A DNA stretch of 62,590 nucleotides, the filler included, from Asterionella formosa (taxonomy: Eukaryota), in the NCBI GenBank assembly GCA_002256025.1. It is 6 parts of 6 records of this genome, joined end to end, with 100 filler letters (N's around TTAATTAATTAA, not from the genome) between each part and the next. Parts side by side here need not be neighbours in the genome. Positions count along the whole stretch, not along the records: positions 27,767 to 55,407 come from NKIB01001452.1; positions 55,508 to 57,204 come from NKIB01001464.1; positions 57,305 to 59,000 come from NKIB01001466.1; positions 59,101 to 60,795 come from NKIB01001467.1; positions 60,896 to 62,590 come from NKIB01001468.1; 1 more part is not named here. The stretch is one strand, 5' to 3'. Under the pieces are notes generated by a model, which was not told the origin of the DNA, searched no databases, and saw only the letters and a list, made by a program, of their open reading frames with translations. A program made the translations under genes and the position numbers. Below are positions 47,705-61,059 of this stretch, piece after piece; within the stretch, counting starts at the first letter, position 1; every line of letters starts with the position of its first letter.

Positions 47705-49149
47705 GCTCTGAATGCACCAACAAACGACAAGAGGGTGTTACAAGAGTNNNNNNNNNNNNNNNNNNNNNNNNNNNNNNNNNNNNNNNNNNNNNNNNNNNNN
47801 NNNNNNNNNNNNNNNNNNNNNNNNNNNNNNNNNNNNNNNNNNNNNNNNNNNNNNNNNNNNNNNNNNNNNNNNNNNNNNNNNNNNNNNNNNNNNNNNNNNN
47901 NNNNNNNNNNNNNNNNNNNNNNNNNNNNNNNNNNNNNNNNNNNNNNNNNNNNNNNNNNNNNNNNNNNNNNNNNNNNNNNNNNNNNNNNNNNNNNNNNNNN
48001 NNNNNNNNNNNNNNNNNNNNNNNNNNNNNNNNNNNNNNNNNNNNNNNNNNNNNNNNNNNNNNNNNNNNNNNNNNNNNNNNNNNNNNNNNNNNNNNNNNNN
48101 NNNNNNNNNNNNNNNNNNNNNNNNNNNNNNNNNNNNNNNNNNNNNNNNNNNNNNNNNNNNNNNNNNNNNNNNNNNNNNNNNNNNNNNNNNNNNNNNNNNN
48201 NNNNNNNNNNNNNNNNNNNNNNNNNNNNNNNNNNNNNNNNNNNNNNNNNNNNNNNNNNNNNNNNNNNNNNNNNNNNNNNNNNNNNNNNNNNNNNNNNNNN
48301 NNNNNNNNNNNNNNNNNNNNNNNNNNNNNNNNNNNNNNNNNNNNNNNNNNNNNNNNNNNNNNNNNNNNNNNNNNNNNNNNNNNNNNNNNNNNNNNNNNNN
48401 NNNNNNNNNNNNNNNNACTTATGCAACGATAAAATGATTATGTAAAATATATGTCGAGGTCTACATTCAATCTCGAGAGCGTGACAGGACCAACGGAGTT
48501 TACTACGGTCCTCCTGTACGAGAACTGATGTATGATTTACTGATGTATGATTTGCTGATCCGTTCCTCGACCTCGTACATCGATTCGAAAACTGAAGCTG
48601 AAGAAGCAAAGAGCTCTTAAGAAAAATCATAACTGAAGCTGAAGAAGCGAAGAGCTCCTCTTTAGAAAAGTCATAGACCGGTACGGGTACGGTAGTCGTT
48701 CCCACCTCCGGTTGGTGGACGAAAACAATTGCGTATCACCGTAGAACCTACCGTACTGTTGTTCTAACAGGTATGTACAAGTCCAAGGGTAGGAGATGCA
48801 AACCACCAATACCAGGGGGTGTACCAGGGTACAAGTTCAAAACTGTAAGCAATCACGATCTCAACCGTCTTTGTCATTATTTCTATGTGTTATTACTTGA
48901 ATTCTTTCACCCTTGATTTTCTATGTTTCATGTACGTAGCAAGCAGCAAAGCGTTGTTCTCAATTTTCGCGGAGCTAGTTCATATTTTCGTCATGGTCAA
49001 GGTTGCGACAACATGATGCAGGATTCTCCAGCTACTCACAACCACTACCTTTGCACTCTAGTGTTAAATTTGTACAAAGTAAATTGCAAAATTGTAGCTA
49101 AATAGTTATAAACCAGTGCGCCTGTAAGACAAAACAGAATTACAGTACC

Positions 49150-49972
49150 AGTAAAAAACTGCATTGACCCACTGACGGTATAAAAAACACGTTTTGTAAT
49201 GAAAAATCATTCATTTTCTATTTCTTGAGCTCCAGAATGTATCTCGTGCATGTACCGGATGGAGTCATACTGTTAGTTCTCAACCTATTGGACGTCAATC
49301 TTTCGTTAATTTAGGTCTAAAGTGACAATCGAAAAAAAAGTGAAAAGCACAGATTATCCCAAGTTTGGAGTTCTCATCTTTTATTGTGTGCAAAGATGAA
49401 TATAAATTTCTCGCATTTTGTGTCTTATCCATAACCTTGTCAATAATTATTCAGTAAATAAAAATTGATGAAACCTGGTGCAACCATGTAATACCATTAT
49501 CTATGTAGGCAGACCATTATAAGTGGTACGGAGTACCTTGTACCTGGTACCTATGAATATGTACCTATGGCTGTGCACAAAACGGACACTGTACATCTAT
49601 TGCACCTGGTACCAGGTACCAGGTACCAGTACCTGTACAATGTACCGGTACCATGTATGGAGCATCATGCATTTTATGTCTTTTTGCTTTGAACCAAACA
49701 GGATAATCTGTGTTCACCAATGAATATAAAATTACTTTCAGGTATGTGAAAAATTTCATATACTGCATTGACCCACTGAGACTGAATTTTACGTCTAGAT
49801 GTATAAATATCTTCTGAACCATATGTTCAATTTAACTAAGAAAAGGATGCTAATGTACTGACGCCTTATGCCATCAATACTTTCGAACAGATTTCAGAGA
49901 GAAGGGAGCTGAGTGTTAGTCGAATTAATCAAACGAACGGGATAAAACAGTGGGTCAATGCAGTTTTTTACT
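49150..49972. mobile_element. 823-bp non-coding element with perfect 25-bp TIRs (MITE-like)
   Basis: AGTAAAAAACTGCATTGACCCACTG (49150-49174) and its exact reverse complement (49948-49972). A third partial direct copy lies at 49762-49778. No clear TSD. Confidence 0.75.
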
Positions 49973-50356
49973 CAGTTCGCGAACATCGCAGAAGAACGCG
50001 CGACTAGAATTTTGCAAGATATTTGGAAAAAACGAGGTCTGTGTACGATACACAAAGGGATTTCCCACGTAGCGAGGAGGTACTGAGTTTCCCTCCCTGT
50101 TGACGCGAAATTGCGAAAAATGGATTTTTTCACGTTTACTCTATTGAGCTGGCATCGCCTTTTCTCTACATGTCTAAATGTGGACAAGAATAATAAAATT
50201 CTTCTAATAGAATTTATTTAATATAATAAAATGTGGGGATGACATCATTGTGTTTTCGAACGCACTATGCATCAGAAGAATTTCTGAATTATGCAAGCGC
50301 AAAAAGCTTATTGCATTGCGCAAAGCAGGTAAAGTAAGATGAAACGAATTTTTCCA

Positions 50357-50870
50357 GTTGTTTGTACAAGACTGTGTGATTACGTACCCTCAATAACCTA
50401 TATATAATACGCACCCTCCATCATCAGTAGATTCCAACGTTAGGTTGTTTGTATGCAACCATGTTATTGCCTACCCTTCATCACCTATAGATACCAATGT
50501 TAGGCTGTTTGTACGCGACCATGTCATTGTGTACCCTCCATCGTGTTTGTATGAGAACGCGTTATTGCGTATACTCCATTTTCTATAGATACCAATGTTA
50601 GGTTGTTTTTATGTGACCATGTTATTGCGTACCCTCCATCATCTATAGATACCAATGGTATGTAGTTTCTACAAGAATATGCCATTGCATACCCTTCATT
50701 ATCTATAGATACCAATGTTTGGTTGTTTGTATGAGAATGTGTTATTGCGGCACAACCTCCATCACCTACACATACAAATGTTCGGTTGTTTGTACAAGAC
50801 CAAGTTTTTTATACCCTCCATAACCTATAGATACCACTCTTAGGTTGTTTGTACAAGACCATTTTATTGG
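50357..50870 (+). repeat. Minisatellite, 60-bp unit, about 8 degenerate copies
   Basis: Consensus gttattgcgtaccctccatcatctatagataccaatgttaggttgtttgtatgcgaccat. Reverse-strand copies occur at 62215-62351. Confidence 0.88.
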
Positions 50871-53800
50871 TATTCCAGCATTGCATCTTTCCATGTCAAT
50901 GCTGTTATTGCATCATTTGTAGTCCGGCAATGAATTCGAATTATCGTCAAATCATCTCTGTTTTTACCGATTTTCATTTTTGTTGAGTTCATGAATCATT
51001 ATGAAAACGATTGTTTTGAGCATCAAAGCTACCAGGAATGGAGTGCAAAGGGGTTTTGTGGGCCCTGTACAATCTCTACTTTGTTGCTGAGACTGGGTCG
51101 ACGGTTCCTGTATTTCTAAAGAACAGTGATGGCCTTTACTTCTTGAACAACAATCTTTCAAAGCGATTTTTAGTGGGTGCAAGGAGGCACTGACAAGCAA
51201 GGAGCAGTCAATGATGTGCGCGACGAATGAAGTGTCAAAACGAATTCATTCGATTTGTTTAGGAGGAAAAGGTGATGTATGTTGAAGATCACAACCGTTT
51301 CTAGAATCTTGGTATCATTGAGCGAAGCATATTGCACATTTATGACCCTTGGACGATGGAATCAAAGGCTTCTTACATAATGCATCCAACTTATAAGTTT
51401 GTTTACCTATTCGATTAGTCATTAGGGGATTCCAAGCAGCAACCTGATGGATTGAATTCACTATTAATGAATACAAGCTGTGGTAGCAAGCATTAATTCC
51501 ATCATCTACTCAAGCATACTTGAACAGCACCAGGGACCTTGATTTCCCGGAATCTATGACCCATAATTGTAAGTGCTGGCTAGGAAAAACACAGCCAATA
51601 TCTCGTAGTCCAGCCTGTTCAAATTGGTCCATGCTTGATGACTCCTGGTGAGCGACGTATATGCCTGTTGAAGATAAACGACTACTGTTCGCAGACATTA
51701 GTATATCTAGTACTGTAATGACTGCAAAGTCTGCACGAACAACAGTTATGGTGGCTGAGGAATTCCATGGAACAAGAAGGTCAGTTAAGGAAAATATATG
51801 CGGAATTCGTAAATGGAATAGCAATTCCTACAGATCAAGTCCAATATGGAAGATTAACTGATAAGACTGAGACGATTGGAATTGCAAATCGTATGAAATC
51901 GACCAAGAGAAAGAGTGGATTGAGGTGAAGAACAAATCCAAGAAAGTAAGATTAGTGAAACAAGATCAATTTGGTAAGACCAAGTAATTTGGCAGGATAA
52001 ATAGAATTTGGTAAGATTGATAGAAAAAGTAATCTGAAGTAATCACAAAATTGAAAGAGGCAAATCTAAAAGTAGATTAAAGTGTTGTCGGAAAACTAGC
52101 TAGTGGAGAACTAGTACTAGTACTGCACACTGGACGTGTAAGTACTATCAAGGAGATTTGGAACATCTCAACATACGCCGACATGATGTCGCCAGTAGTG
52201 CAATAAAAACACACCTCAAACTCGGTCGGAGGCCCATTGATTGCTGACCTTGTTGCTTCAAGAGAAGCTAACACAAAAGGTAAAAACAATGCAAGCTTCA
52301 GAATATTTATTGCATTATGAAATTAAAAATACAAGACGAGGAATATAGCTATGTCAAGAAAGACTGGGAAGTCACTGCAAATGGTTTAAGAATTCAAGTC
52401 TTGTGGGGAAGAGGGTTGATTGTTGGCAAAACCTTACCTAACTATGATATCACTTAATTCGACGGCAAGATGCGCATGAAATCATCAACCTTGATTGAAG
52501 TTTGAGACACATCATGTCAGTGTGTACTGATATCGTGAAAGAGAGCAAAGGAATTATGAGCACATTTCTTGGCTGGTACCAAGCTTGAAGATTGTTGCCT
52601 TGAGGTCATCATGTTTACACCAAAGTGTCCTCATGCAGAAATTGCTTGCAGAGAGGCAGGGAGTTGCATATATATGTACAGAACCTGTCACTGAAGGAGA
52701 AATGAAGGGGGCAAGGGGAAGCATTAGATCATGTCTTTCAGAGGAACGAAATATTTCTATTTGAGCTCATCAGTACATGTTGGCTTACCATGTCAAGCCA
52801 TTGACTCTGGCCAATTCAATCCAGCACTACAGCAGCAGTGCTATCAACATGTTCCAGTGGCAATCAAAGACCTTGTAAAGAAGATGAAGGCTCATGTGCA
52901 TTGATGTGCCTCATACTTCGAGTGCAAGCTTGTAATGAGTGTCAATTGATTTATTGACTGCTGACTATTGTAGTGTGATGGTAAACATTACATAAATTCA
53001 TGCATGTAAACATTTATACTTAAAATACTTTCCATAACAATATTTATTATACATATTCGATGATATATTGAAATTATATGATCATATGATTGTCATTATA
53101 AGATGCATCACACAAATAAGATGTTTTCTATCTGCAGACGGTTTCTGTTCAAAATATAGCTATTTCTTTTTTCACAAACATCAAATAATATAGCTGAAGT
53201 TTTGTGCTTGCCTGGAATTATGACGAGCTGGCCATCAACAATGCTTTGATGCTGTTCTGGTGTCGGATGCCAATATGTTTTGTAACTCAGCCAATTTTTC
53301 GCTATCATTTTCCAAAAAGTTGACCTAATTGAACTTTCCTACAGTCATCAATATCTTCTAATCAGGATCACTATACACATCAATATGTCTTGAGAATTGG
53401 AGACGACTTGTGATGTAAAATTGTATCTCATTATTGTGTTTCCAAAGATGCACTGTAATTTCCGGTGTCACTTAATATAAACTGATTGATTGAATGTGCT
53501 TAGCTTATATTCATTGGTAGTGTTTCTTTAGCTGTGTTGCTCGAGCCAACACATATACTTTGATGACAATGGAGAAAGTCGGTTTGCTTTAAGAATTGCT
53601 GTCGCTACATGAATTTCCAATCTATTCTGTGTTTTACTATTGATCCATCATGTAGTAGTCTAGCATATGTAGCAATATAAAATGACAAAATCATCACCGA
53701 CGTGCAGCAATATTAAGATGAGTACATCGGTACTTACATTAAAAATGCCACCAATTAGTACATCAATTCTAGATAGATTTCAATTGTTTAAAACACTTTG

Positions 53801-53895
53801 GAGCTACATGGCTGTCTAACATGTACCTGTCAACTGCATGTAATGAAAAGGTATAAATTGATTGAATAGGACTATTGCTGGCGATGGGTTGGTTA

Positions 53896-54962
53896 TCAAA
53901 ACACCATGTCTCCATTATCTATGCATTCCTCGAGATCATCATCGACATCCCCCACAGTTCTGACTTGGTTTGGAATCAAGTTAGGTTGATGTACTATACC
54001 ATCCATTCCTTCTTGATCATGGAGAGGTTCACCCTCTAAGTGCGGGCTTGGCATGGTTGGATTAATATCGGACGACCTTGATAACATGCGAAAGAGCGAG
54101 ATTCCTCGTCGAAAGGATTCTGTCATCGATTCATCGCTAGAAAGGGAGTCAACATCACTTATGCCGAATGGCTGCAGTCGATGTAATACAAATTGATTTT
54201 TTTCGTCATCTTTGGAACTGAAATATTTTTGTCGACAGCAGGGGCAATCGTCGTGCCTCAAAAGCCACTCCATAATGCATCCTTCATGAAACATGTGCGT
54301 ACATTGTTCATTACGGGAAGAACACACCTCTTCTCCATTTTCAAAATCCATGATACAAATGGGACAACTGATATTGTTTTCTGGTGCTTCTGGATGTTCA
54401 CGAATGGGAATGCAATCCGAATTGAGAGTAATCATGTCGCCAACAGCGTCTTTGCCTTTTGGTATGAATGGTCTGGTGACTAGTGCATTTGCTACTAGTT
54501 CTTGTCGCTCATTCAAACTCAATTCACGAGGAAATCGTTCATCTGAGCCGGTCCTGTATCTTGATTCATGAGGTAAAACTTCAATTGAAGTGGTAGCAGT
54601 AGTTATTAGTCGACCTGGTCGCACTATTCTGTAACCACAACAAGTAAGCATCCTGTCATAAACGTTTCTATTAGCGTGGAGCTTGTTTCTACAATCCAAG
54701 ATACCATAAGCGTTCAAGTGACCTACGTGTGAACTCACCAAAGGCAACAAAACATAGTCGATATAATAAAGAAGATCATCAGCGTTGTCGTGCCTTGTTG
54801 TGAACGGGATCCTGTCTCAGAAACCTCCCGATCATGTAAAGTTCGTTGCCATTGGTCAACAGTCTGGGCAAACGGCTTGTGTACCAAATGTCTAAGATAT
54901 CCCGTGACGACCAAGGATGGGTCAGTCAGAAAACTCATCACACTGTTATGTAATGAGAACAT
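53896..54962 (-). CDS. Transmembrane RING-H2 E3 ligase-like protein; two exons (54962-54739, 54652-53896)
   Basis: CPICIMDF..CTHMFHEGCIMEWLLRHDDCPCCR (C3H2C3). An 86-bp GT..AG intron at 54653-54738 joins the TM segment LMIFFIISTMFCCLW|MLTCCG. The 5' start is uncertain. Confidence 0.82.
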
Positions 54963-56186
54963 ATCCTTCGAATCAAGAAATGTGTGTTGGGCCGAGGGTT
55001 AAAAATAAGTTGAAAGAATCTCAATGTCCAAGCGGTAGTGTGTGCTGGTGGCTCTAGATTGACAGAGAGGAAGGATTGATGAACGCTTGAAACGAAGCAC
55101 TTCCTACAAACCCAAGTCTTTGCGTCGGGTGAATGCAACAATCAACATCTCCCTCTCGCTCTTTATCATCATCGGGGCAAATGTGAACTGCATCAAACGA
55201 AGAAATCAGTCTATGACGAACATCAGCTAAAATCGTTGTTCCTGAATGATATTTTATTAAATATTTATATGAAGTATCAAGATACACGACTGAAACTTTG
55301 AGGAGAGTTTACAAGATTCAGCCACAAAGAAAGCACCAAAACCTATTGCGTGAGAGGCTCGCTCGGTTCACCAATGGATACCACCCCAGTTCAACTCGAT
55401 ATACCGGNNNNNNNNNNNNNNNNNNNNNNNNNNNNNNNNNNNNNNNNNNNNTTAATTAATTAANNNNNNNNNNNNNNNNNNNNNNNNNNNNNNNNNNNNN
55501 NNNNNNNTCGAAGGCCAAACCTCATCAACAAAGCTTCTAGCAAACTTGACATTGCTATGATCAATAACAAGTGCATGCCATCCAATCTTCTTTCCGCCCT
55601 TCTTTTTAATGAAAGTTGACGAATTCACTGACTCAAGTCTCCTAAACATGACGTCCAATAAACTATCAAGGTCCGCATTCACGGTATCTTCGACATGACC
55701 TTGTAGGAAATGACGAAGTAGCTAAAATACGGTGAGTGTGGTCATGATGCTGATCAAGCAGTACTCGAAGTCTCCATTTAACCACAACCCGATATGTGTT
55801 CTCAGGAAGTGGAACTGGAAGAATGGGGTCATTCTTCCAAGTCGGGATGCACGTAGGCTGTTCGAGATCACCATTGATTTTTTTAAGCCGAGATAGGATA
55901 CGGTACCAATTTTTCCAACGAAAGAACTTGGCTCTCTATTGATGAGGATGACACGGACACCGACTTTTTATTTGCAGGCGCAAGGAACGATTTTCTTGAT
56001 TTCGGAAGGCTTCCGGGCATGGTCGAGAACTGATTTATTGGAGACCCTGTCGTACACATTGACCAACGCTCGCTTTGGCCTTCGTGTAGCATACAACGTT
56101 CATACATATAGCTACCGGTAGCTAATATATATATATTAATAGAAATAACTAGTACTGCTGTGTTGTGTGCATGCATATCTAGAATC

Positions 56187-57204
56187 TCAAAATGAGAAAA
56201 AAGATTGCCAAGTATGCTGAGGTTTAACTTGTAATACCGACCCAGGTATTCCTCCAATATTAGGGACAACAACAGCAGGAGCAGAAATACAATCGACTGT
56301 AACAAACATGAGCTGTTTTCTCTTTCCTGATTCATAACCCATCAGGTGAGCTATCTCAAACATTTTAGAACGACGGCTATTAAATAAACTCTCACTTGGA
56401 TCCTTACATGAGTTCACAATTGCAAAGATTCCAGTTGTTTCGTTGCGGAGTGATGCACACAATCGTGGATCAGTAAAATCAAATTCAGGCCCAAGCAATA
56501 CAAAACCAAAGATTTTCCCCAACACTATGTAAGGTATACCACTTTCCTCGTCTATCCATTTGAAGTCGGCCCAATCATACCAAGACCCCTGTCCCAAATA
56601 ATTGGGATGGGCATGGAAAGTATTTCCATCTCGTTTGTGTTCACACAGGACCTCAATTGACTTTTTGGTTATGAAGGGAAGCACTTCCTTTCCTAGAAAT
56701 CGAATTAAATCAAGGTCAACTCCTGATGTCTTTATAGTCGCCGAATTGGAAGTGACAGATGCAATAGCGAATCCACCATTATTTTCCTGTAACTTTAAGA
56801 TAAAGCGTGCACCACCTGTAGATGTGCTTATACTGTCAGTCCCAGTGCTTGGTGTTTCATTAGTAGAACCATCATCGGCGAGCGAATCTGTATCGTCATG
56901 TTCAAAAGGATCTTTTCCCAAAAATTCCCGACATGCAACACCTATGGCAATGTTTTCGATAATTCGTTGTCCAGATTGAAGGTCCATTAGGTGATGTCGT
57001 TTTTGAGATGTTTTAGCTGGTAACTTGCAAAGGAATTTTAAATTTTTTTCCATTGGTCCACCATTGAAAACTTGCGGACTGCCAAACCGTTCGATATTTC
57101 GGACAGTATGCATCTGCTGATGAAACTTTGTCATTTTCCAGCCTTGCTCTGTCGTTTCTCTTGGGAAAATCTTGACTAATTTTGTGTAGTACTTGACAAT
57201 GGAT
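56187..57204 (-). mobile_element. C-terminal part of a Plavaka/CACTA-like transposase (truncated by the gap)
   Basis: GWKMTKFHQQMHTVRNIERFGSPQVFNGGPMEKNLKFLCKLPAKTSQKR (K-x-H..H..I..FG..E..K motif), then FHAHPNYLGQGSWYDWA. Confidence 0.75.
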
Positions 57205-57303
57205 NNNNNNNNNNNNNNNNNNNNNNNNNNNNNNNNNNNNNNNNNNNNTTAATTAATTAANNNNNNNNNNNNNNNNNNNNNNNNNNNNNNNNNNNNNNNN
57301 NNN

Positions 57304-59000
57304 NGGGACAGCCAACACCTGCCATTGATTTCATCACATATTGTGGTGCCACAGTGGCGGCTGTCCCCCCTGCCAGGGTCCTCGACACATGGGATATTTC
57401 GGACCACTTCCCAGTTGTTGCGGACCTACCTGGGCTTACCAGAATCCCAGAGATGGGGATTGCCCCACCACGGCCGGAATCACTGTACCGGCGGATTGTG
57501 ATGGAGAAGAAGGAACTCAAAGTAACCGTGGCTAATAGTAACTATTGGCAGCCACTAGCTGACTCGCTGGAAGAGGACCTGGAGGATGTAATCGAGTGTT
57601 CAAATTCACTTGAAAACCCCACCAGTTACCACCAGGAAAGGTTGGATGGTATGGCCAAGAAGTTCACTACAACATGTCACCAGGTGGCAGAGGACCTGAA
57701 CCTCCACCAACGGGTGGCGGGACTAAACCCACCAAGAGTGACAGGACAGGTACGTCGGGCGATTGAGACCCGAAGGAGGATCTTCCGGGAAACCCGGAGG
57801 GCGGAGTCGCGAGGAGACCGTGAAGATGTAGCACGGCTTGGGGACATGTACAAGGCTGCCAAAGAGAGGGCGCGGAAGGTGATCCGCCTCTCGGGTAGGC
57901 GGGCATGGTATAAGGCAATTAGGGAGGCTCACGTCAATATGCGCGAGAAACCTCGCCACTATTGGCGGTGGGCCTCAGCGACTGCAGGATGGCGCCAGAA
58001 GAGCAGCATCGCAGGTGTCCAACCGGTCCTTGGCCCGGACGGACGCCTGCTGACAGCTTTGACTGATATTCATCAGGCCTGGGGAGCGCACTATGCCTCT
58101 CTAGCAGCAGATGAAACCGGTCATAGCCAGGAGGCCCAATATTGGGAGAAATTTGACCCGCACCCACAGGCAAATGAGGGGATCCGTTCGCTGGACGAAC
58201 CCTTCACAACCTCCGATATTTGGACTGCCCTGAGGAAGATGAAGAGCCATCGTGCTCCGGGCGGTGACGGGATACCCACTGAACTGCTACAGGCATGTTT
58301 GGCGGAGGAACGGGCCCTACTTTCCCACCTTCAAAACTATCGGGAAGAGGAGCCCGCCCCGCCACCATCCGCTCCAATGACGGACTCACTAGGAACCCTA
58401 CTCAACTTTGCGTATGAGAGGGGACTGGTGGCCCAGTCGTGGGCTGAGTCACTGGTCGTCTCAATACCTAAGAAAGGGGACTTGGCTGATATGAACAACT
58501 ATCGGGGGATTTCGCTCATGGCCACTGTCCTCAAGGTGGTGTGTGTGATCCTTGGTACCAGGATAAATGTGGAAGCGGAATCTCGAGGGCTGTTTAGCCG
58601 AGCCCAGGCTGGCTTTCGCCAGAGAGAGGAATGTGTAACCCAGGTAGCCTGTGTCATGGAAATCATACAACGCCGGAGGATAGTGGGAGAGCCGACCTAC
58701 GTGGTATTCGTAGACCTCAAGAAGGCATATGATACGGTGCCCCACGAGGCGCTCTTTGCGAAACTATCCAGGTTTGGGATCAGGGGACGTTGCCTTGCTT
58801 TTCTACGTGCCCTTTATCGCAGCAGTACAATCAGGGTACGAGTGGGGGGTGGCTTGACTGCCCTGTACTCGGACCCCTGCAGACTGTTGCGAGGTGTGCG
58901 GCAGGGTTGCCCTCTTTCGCCTATACTGTTCAACATCTTCATTGATGACTTGGCAGTGGGGACGGAGGAGAGCGGTGCCCTGGTACCAACTGGGGACAGT
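57304..59000 (+). mobile_element. Non-LTR retrotransposon (LINE) ORF2 fragment: end of APE endonuclease plus N-terminal RT
   Basis: IDFI..SDHFPV (APE end), RAPGGDGIP, IPKKGD, NYRGISL, QAGFR, FVDLKKAYDTV and GVRQGCPLSPILFNIFID. The frame is open from gap to gap. Confidence 0.95.
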
Positions 59001-59100
59001 NNNNNNNNNNNNNNNNNNNNNNNNNNNNNNNNNNNNNNNNNNNNTTAATTAATTAANNNNNNNNNNNNNNNNNNNNNNNNNNNNNNNNNNNNNNNNNNNN

Positions 59101-60795
59101 AGTAGACGAGACGACAGCGGTCATCATTCCTCCTATACAAGGAGCTATCTGTCAGGCGACCATACTATGGATACCGATGGTTCGCCACGGACGTTCCGAT
59201 TAGACTCTGAGAATCGCTCTGATTATCGGACCGACCACAGTGGGGGAAATCGATCAAGTGTATTTGAAGCCTCAGCACATGCGACTGGCATAGTTGACGA
59301 CCGGCACTCCTCAGTTCTTGTGCGATCTTCAGCCGAAAACGTCGACAGAACTAATTCAGCAGAAAATGTCGATTACAATGATAGTTCCGGTATCTGTACT
59401 GATGAGGATCAAGCTGCATTGGCGTTATTGTCAAACGTAAATGATAGCACAAGGGTTGTTGGTCCGATATACGTCACCGACGCTTTGGTCGATAATATAA
59501 GGAAGGACGAAGAAGATTTTTTCGAAGAACGTTCATGGAGATCTGATGAAGGTAGTACAGATATTAAAAAGGAGGAAAGTGGGCAAAGTATAGATGTGAA
59601 GAATGCATTCCTAGAGGGCCATGATTATTATGACGATGAATCTGAGAGTTCGTGGTCAGATGGCTACGGGCGAAGCTATCGTTTACGAAATGCAGAAACG
59701 CAGTCCCAAGTTTCCTCTTCGGCTTATCCTGAGAAAGATCAAATAAACAACGGTATTCTGTTACCGAGGAGATCAGCTGACCCAGACGATCATTCCTATA
59801 GCCGCAGCAGCAGCTATCGATCATATGAGCGCTCCTTGGATCCTTTCAACCAATCATCGACCAGTGAACAAGACGACAGCGGTCATAATTCTTCCTATAC
59901 AAGGAGTTATCTGTCAGGCGGAACTACTATGGATACCGATGGTTCGCCACGGACGTTCCGATTAGACTCTGAGAATCGCTCTGATTATCGGACCGACCAC
60001 AGTGGGGGAAATCGATCAAGTGTATTTGAAGCCTCAGCACATGCGACTGGCATAGTTGACGACCGGCACTCCTCAGTTCTTGTGCGATCTTCAGCCGAAA
60101 ACGTCGACAGAACTAATTCAGCAGAAAATGTCGATTACAATGATAGTTCCGGTATCTGTACTGATGAAGATCAAGCTGCATTGGCGTTATTGTCAAACGT
60201 AAATGATAGCACAAGGGTTGTTGGTCCGATATACGTCACCGACGCTTTGGTCGATAATATAAGGAAGGACGAAGAAGATTTTTTCGAGGAACGTTCATGG
60301 AGATCTGATGAAGGTAGTACAGATATTAAAAAGGAGGAAAGTGGGCAAGGTATAGAAGTGAAGAATGCATTCCTAGAGGGCCATGATTATTATGACGATG
60401 AATCTGAGAGTTCGTGGTCAGATGGCTACGGGCGAAGCTATCGTTTACGAAATGCAGAAACGCAGTCCCAAGTTTCCTCTTCGGCTTATCCTGAGAAAGA
60501 TCAAATAATCAACGGTATTCTGTTACCGAGGAGATCAGCTGACCCAGACGATCATTCCTATAGCCGCAGCAGCAGCTATCGATCATATGAGCGCTCCTTG
60601 GATCCTTTCAACCAATCATCGACCAGTGAACAAGACGACAGCGGTCATCATTCCTCCTATACAAGGAGCTACCTGTCAGGCGACCATACTATGGATACCA
60701 ATGGTTCACCACGGACGTTCCGATCAGACTCTGAGAATCGCTCTGATTATCGGACCGACCATAGTGGGGGAAATCGATCAAATGTATTGGACGCC
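59101..60795 (+). CDS. Partial ORF made of near-identical 762-bp (254-aa) Ser/Asp-rich tandem units, open at both gaps
   Basis: ATGGATACC recurs at 59167, 59929 and 60691 (period 762). The frame is open across the whole contig. Confidence 0.8.
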
Positions 60796-61059
60796 NNNNN
60801 NNNNNNNNNNNNNNNNNNNNNNNNNNNNNNNNNNNNNNNTTAATTAATTAANNNNNNNNNNNNNNNNNNNNNNNNNNNNNNNNNNNNNNNNNNNNTTTGC
60901 TAAATTACCGGTACCTGGTACCAGGTACTAGCTACTTGGTACCGGTACACGATACCACAGCCATCTCATTTTCACCATCGCTTGATACATAGAGGACCAG
61001 TACCTGGTACCAGGTACCAGGTACCAGGTCGTGCCAGTGTACCAGGTACATTATTCACG

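Noticed and set aside
48590..48660. Short duplication aactgaagctgaagaagc(a/g)aagagctc
   Set aside because: An ordinary local duplication of about 41-bp period with no further structure.
50357..50870. CRISPR-like array
   Set aside because: The units are contiguous degenerate 60-mers with no unique spacers, there are no cas genes, and the context is eukaryotic.
51200..52900. Decayed LINE ORF1-like or transposon coding remnant
   Set aside because: It looks formerly coding but has too many stops and frameshifts for a supportable family call.
27667..60895. Recurrent TTAATTAATTAA 12-mer as a biological motif, and ORFs running through N blocks
   Set aside because: It is always embedded in N pads and has stops in six frames, so it is an assembly linker. 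The X-rich ORFs are artefacts.
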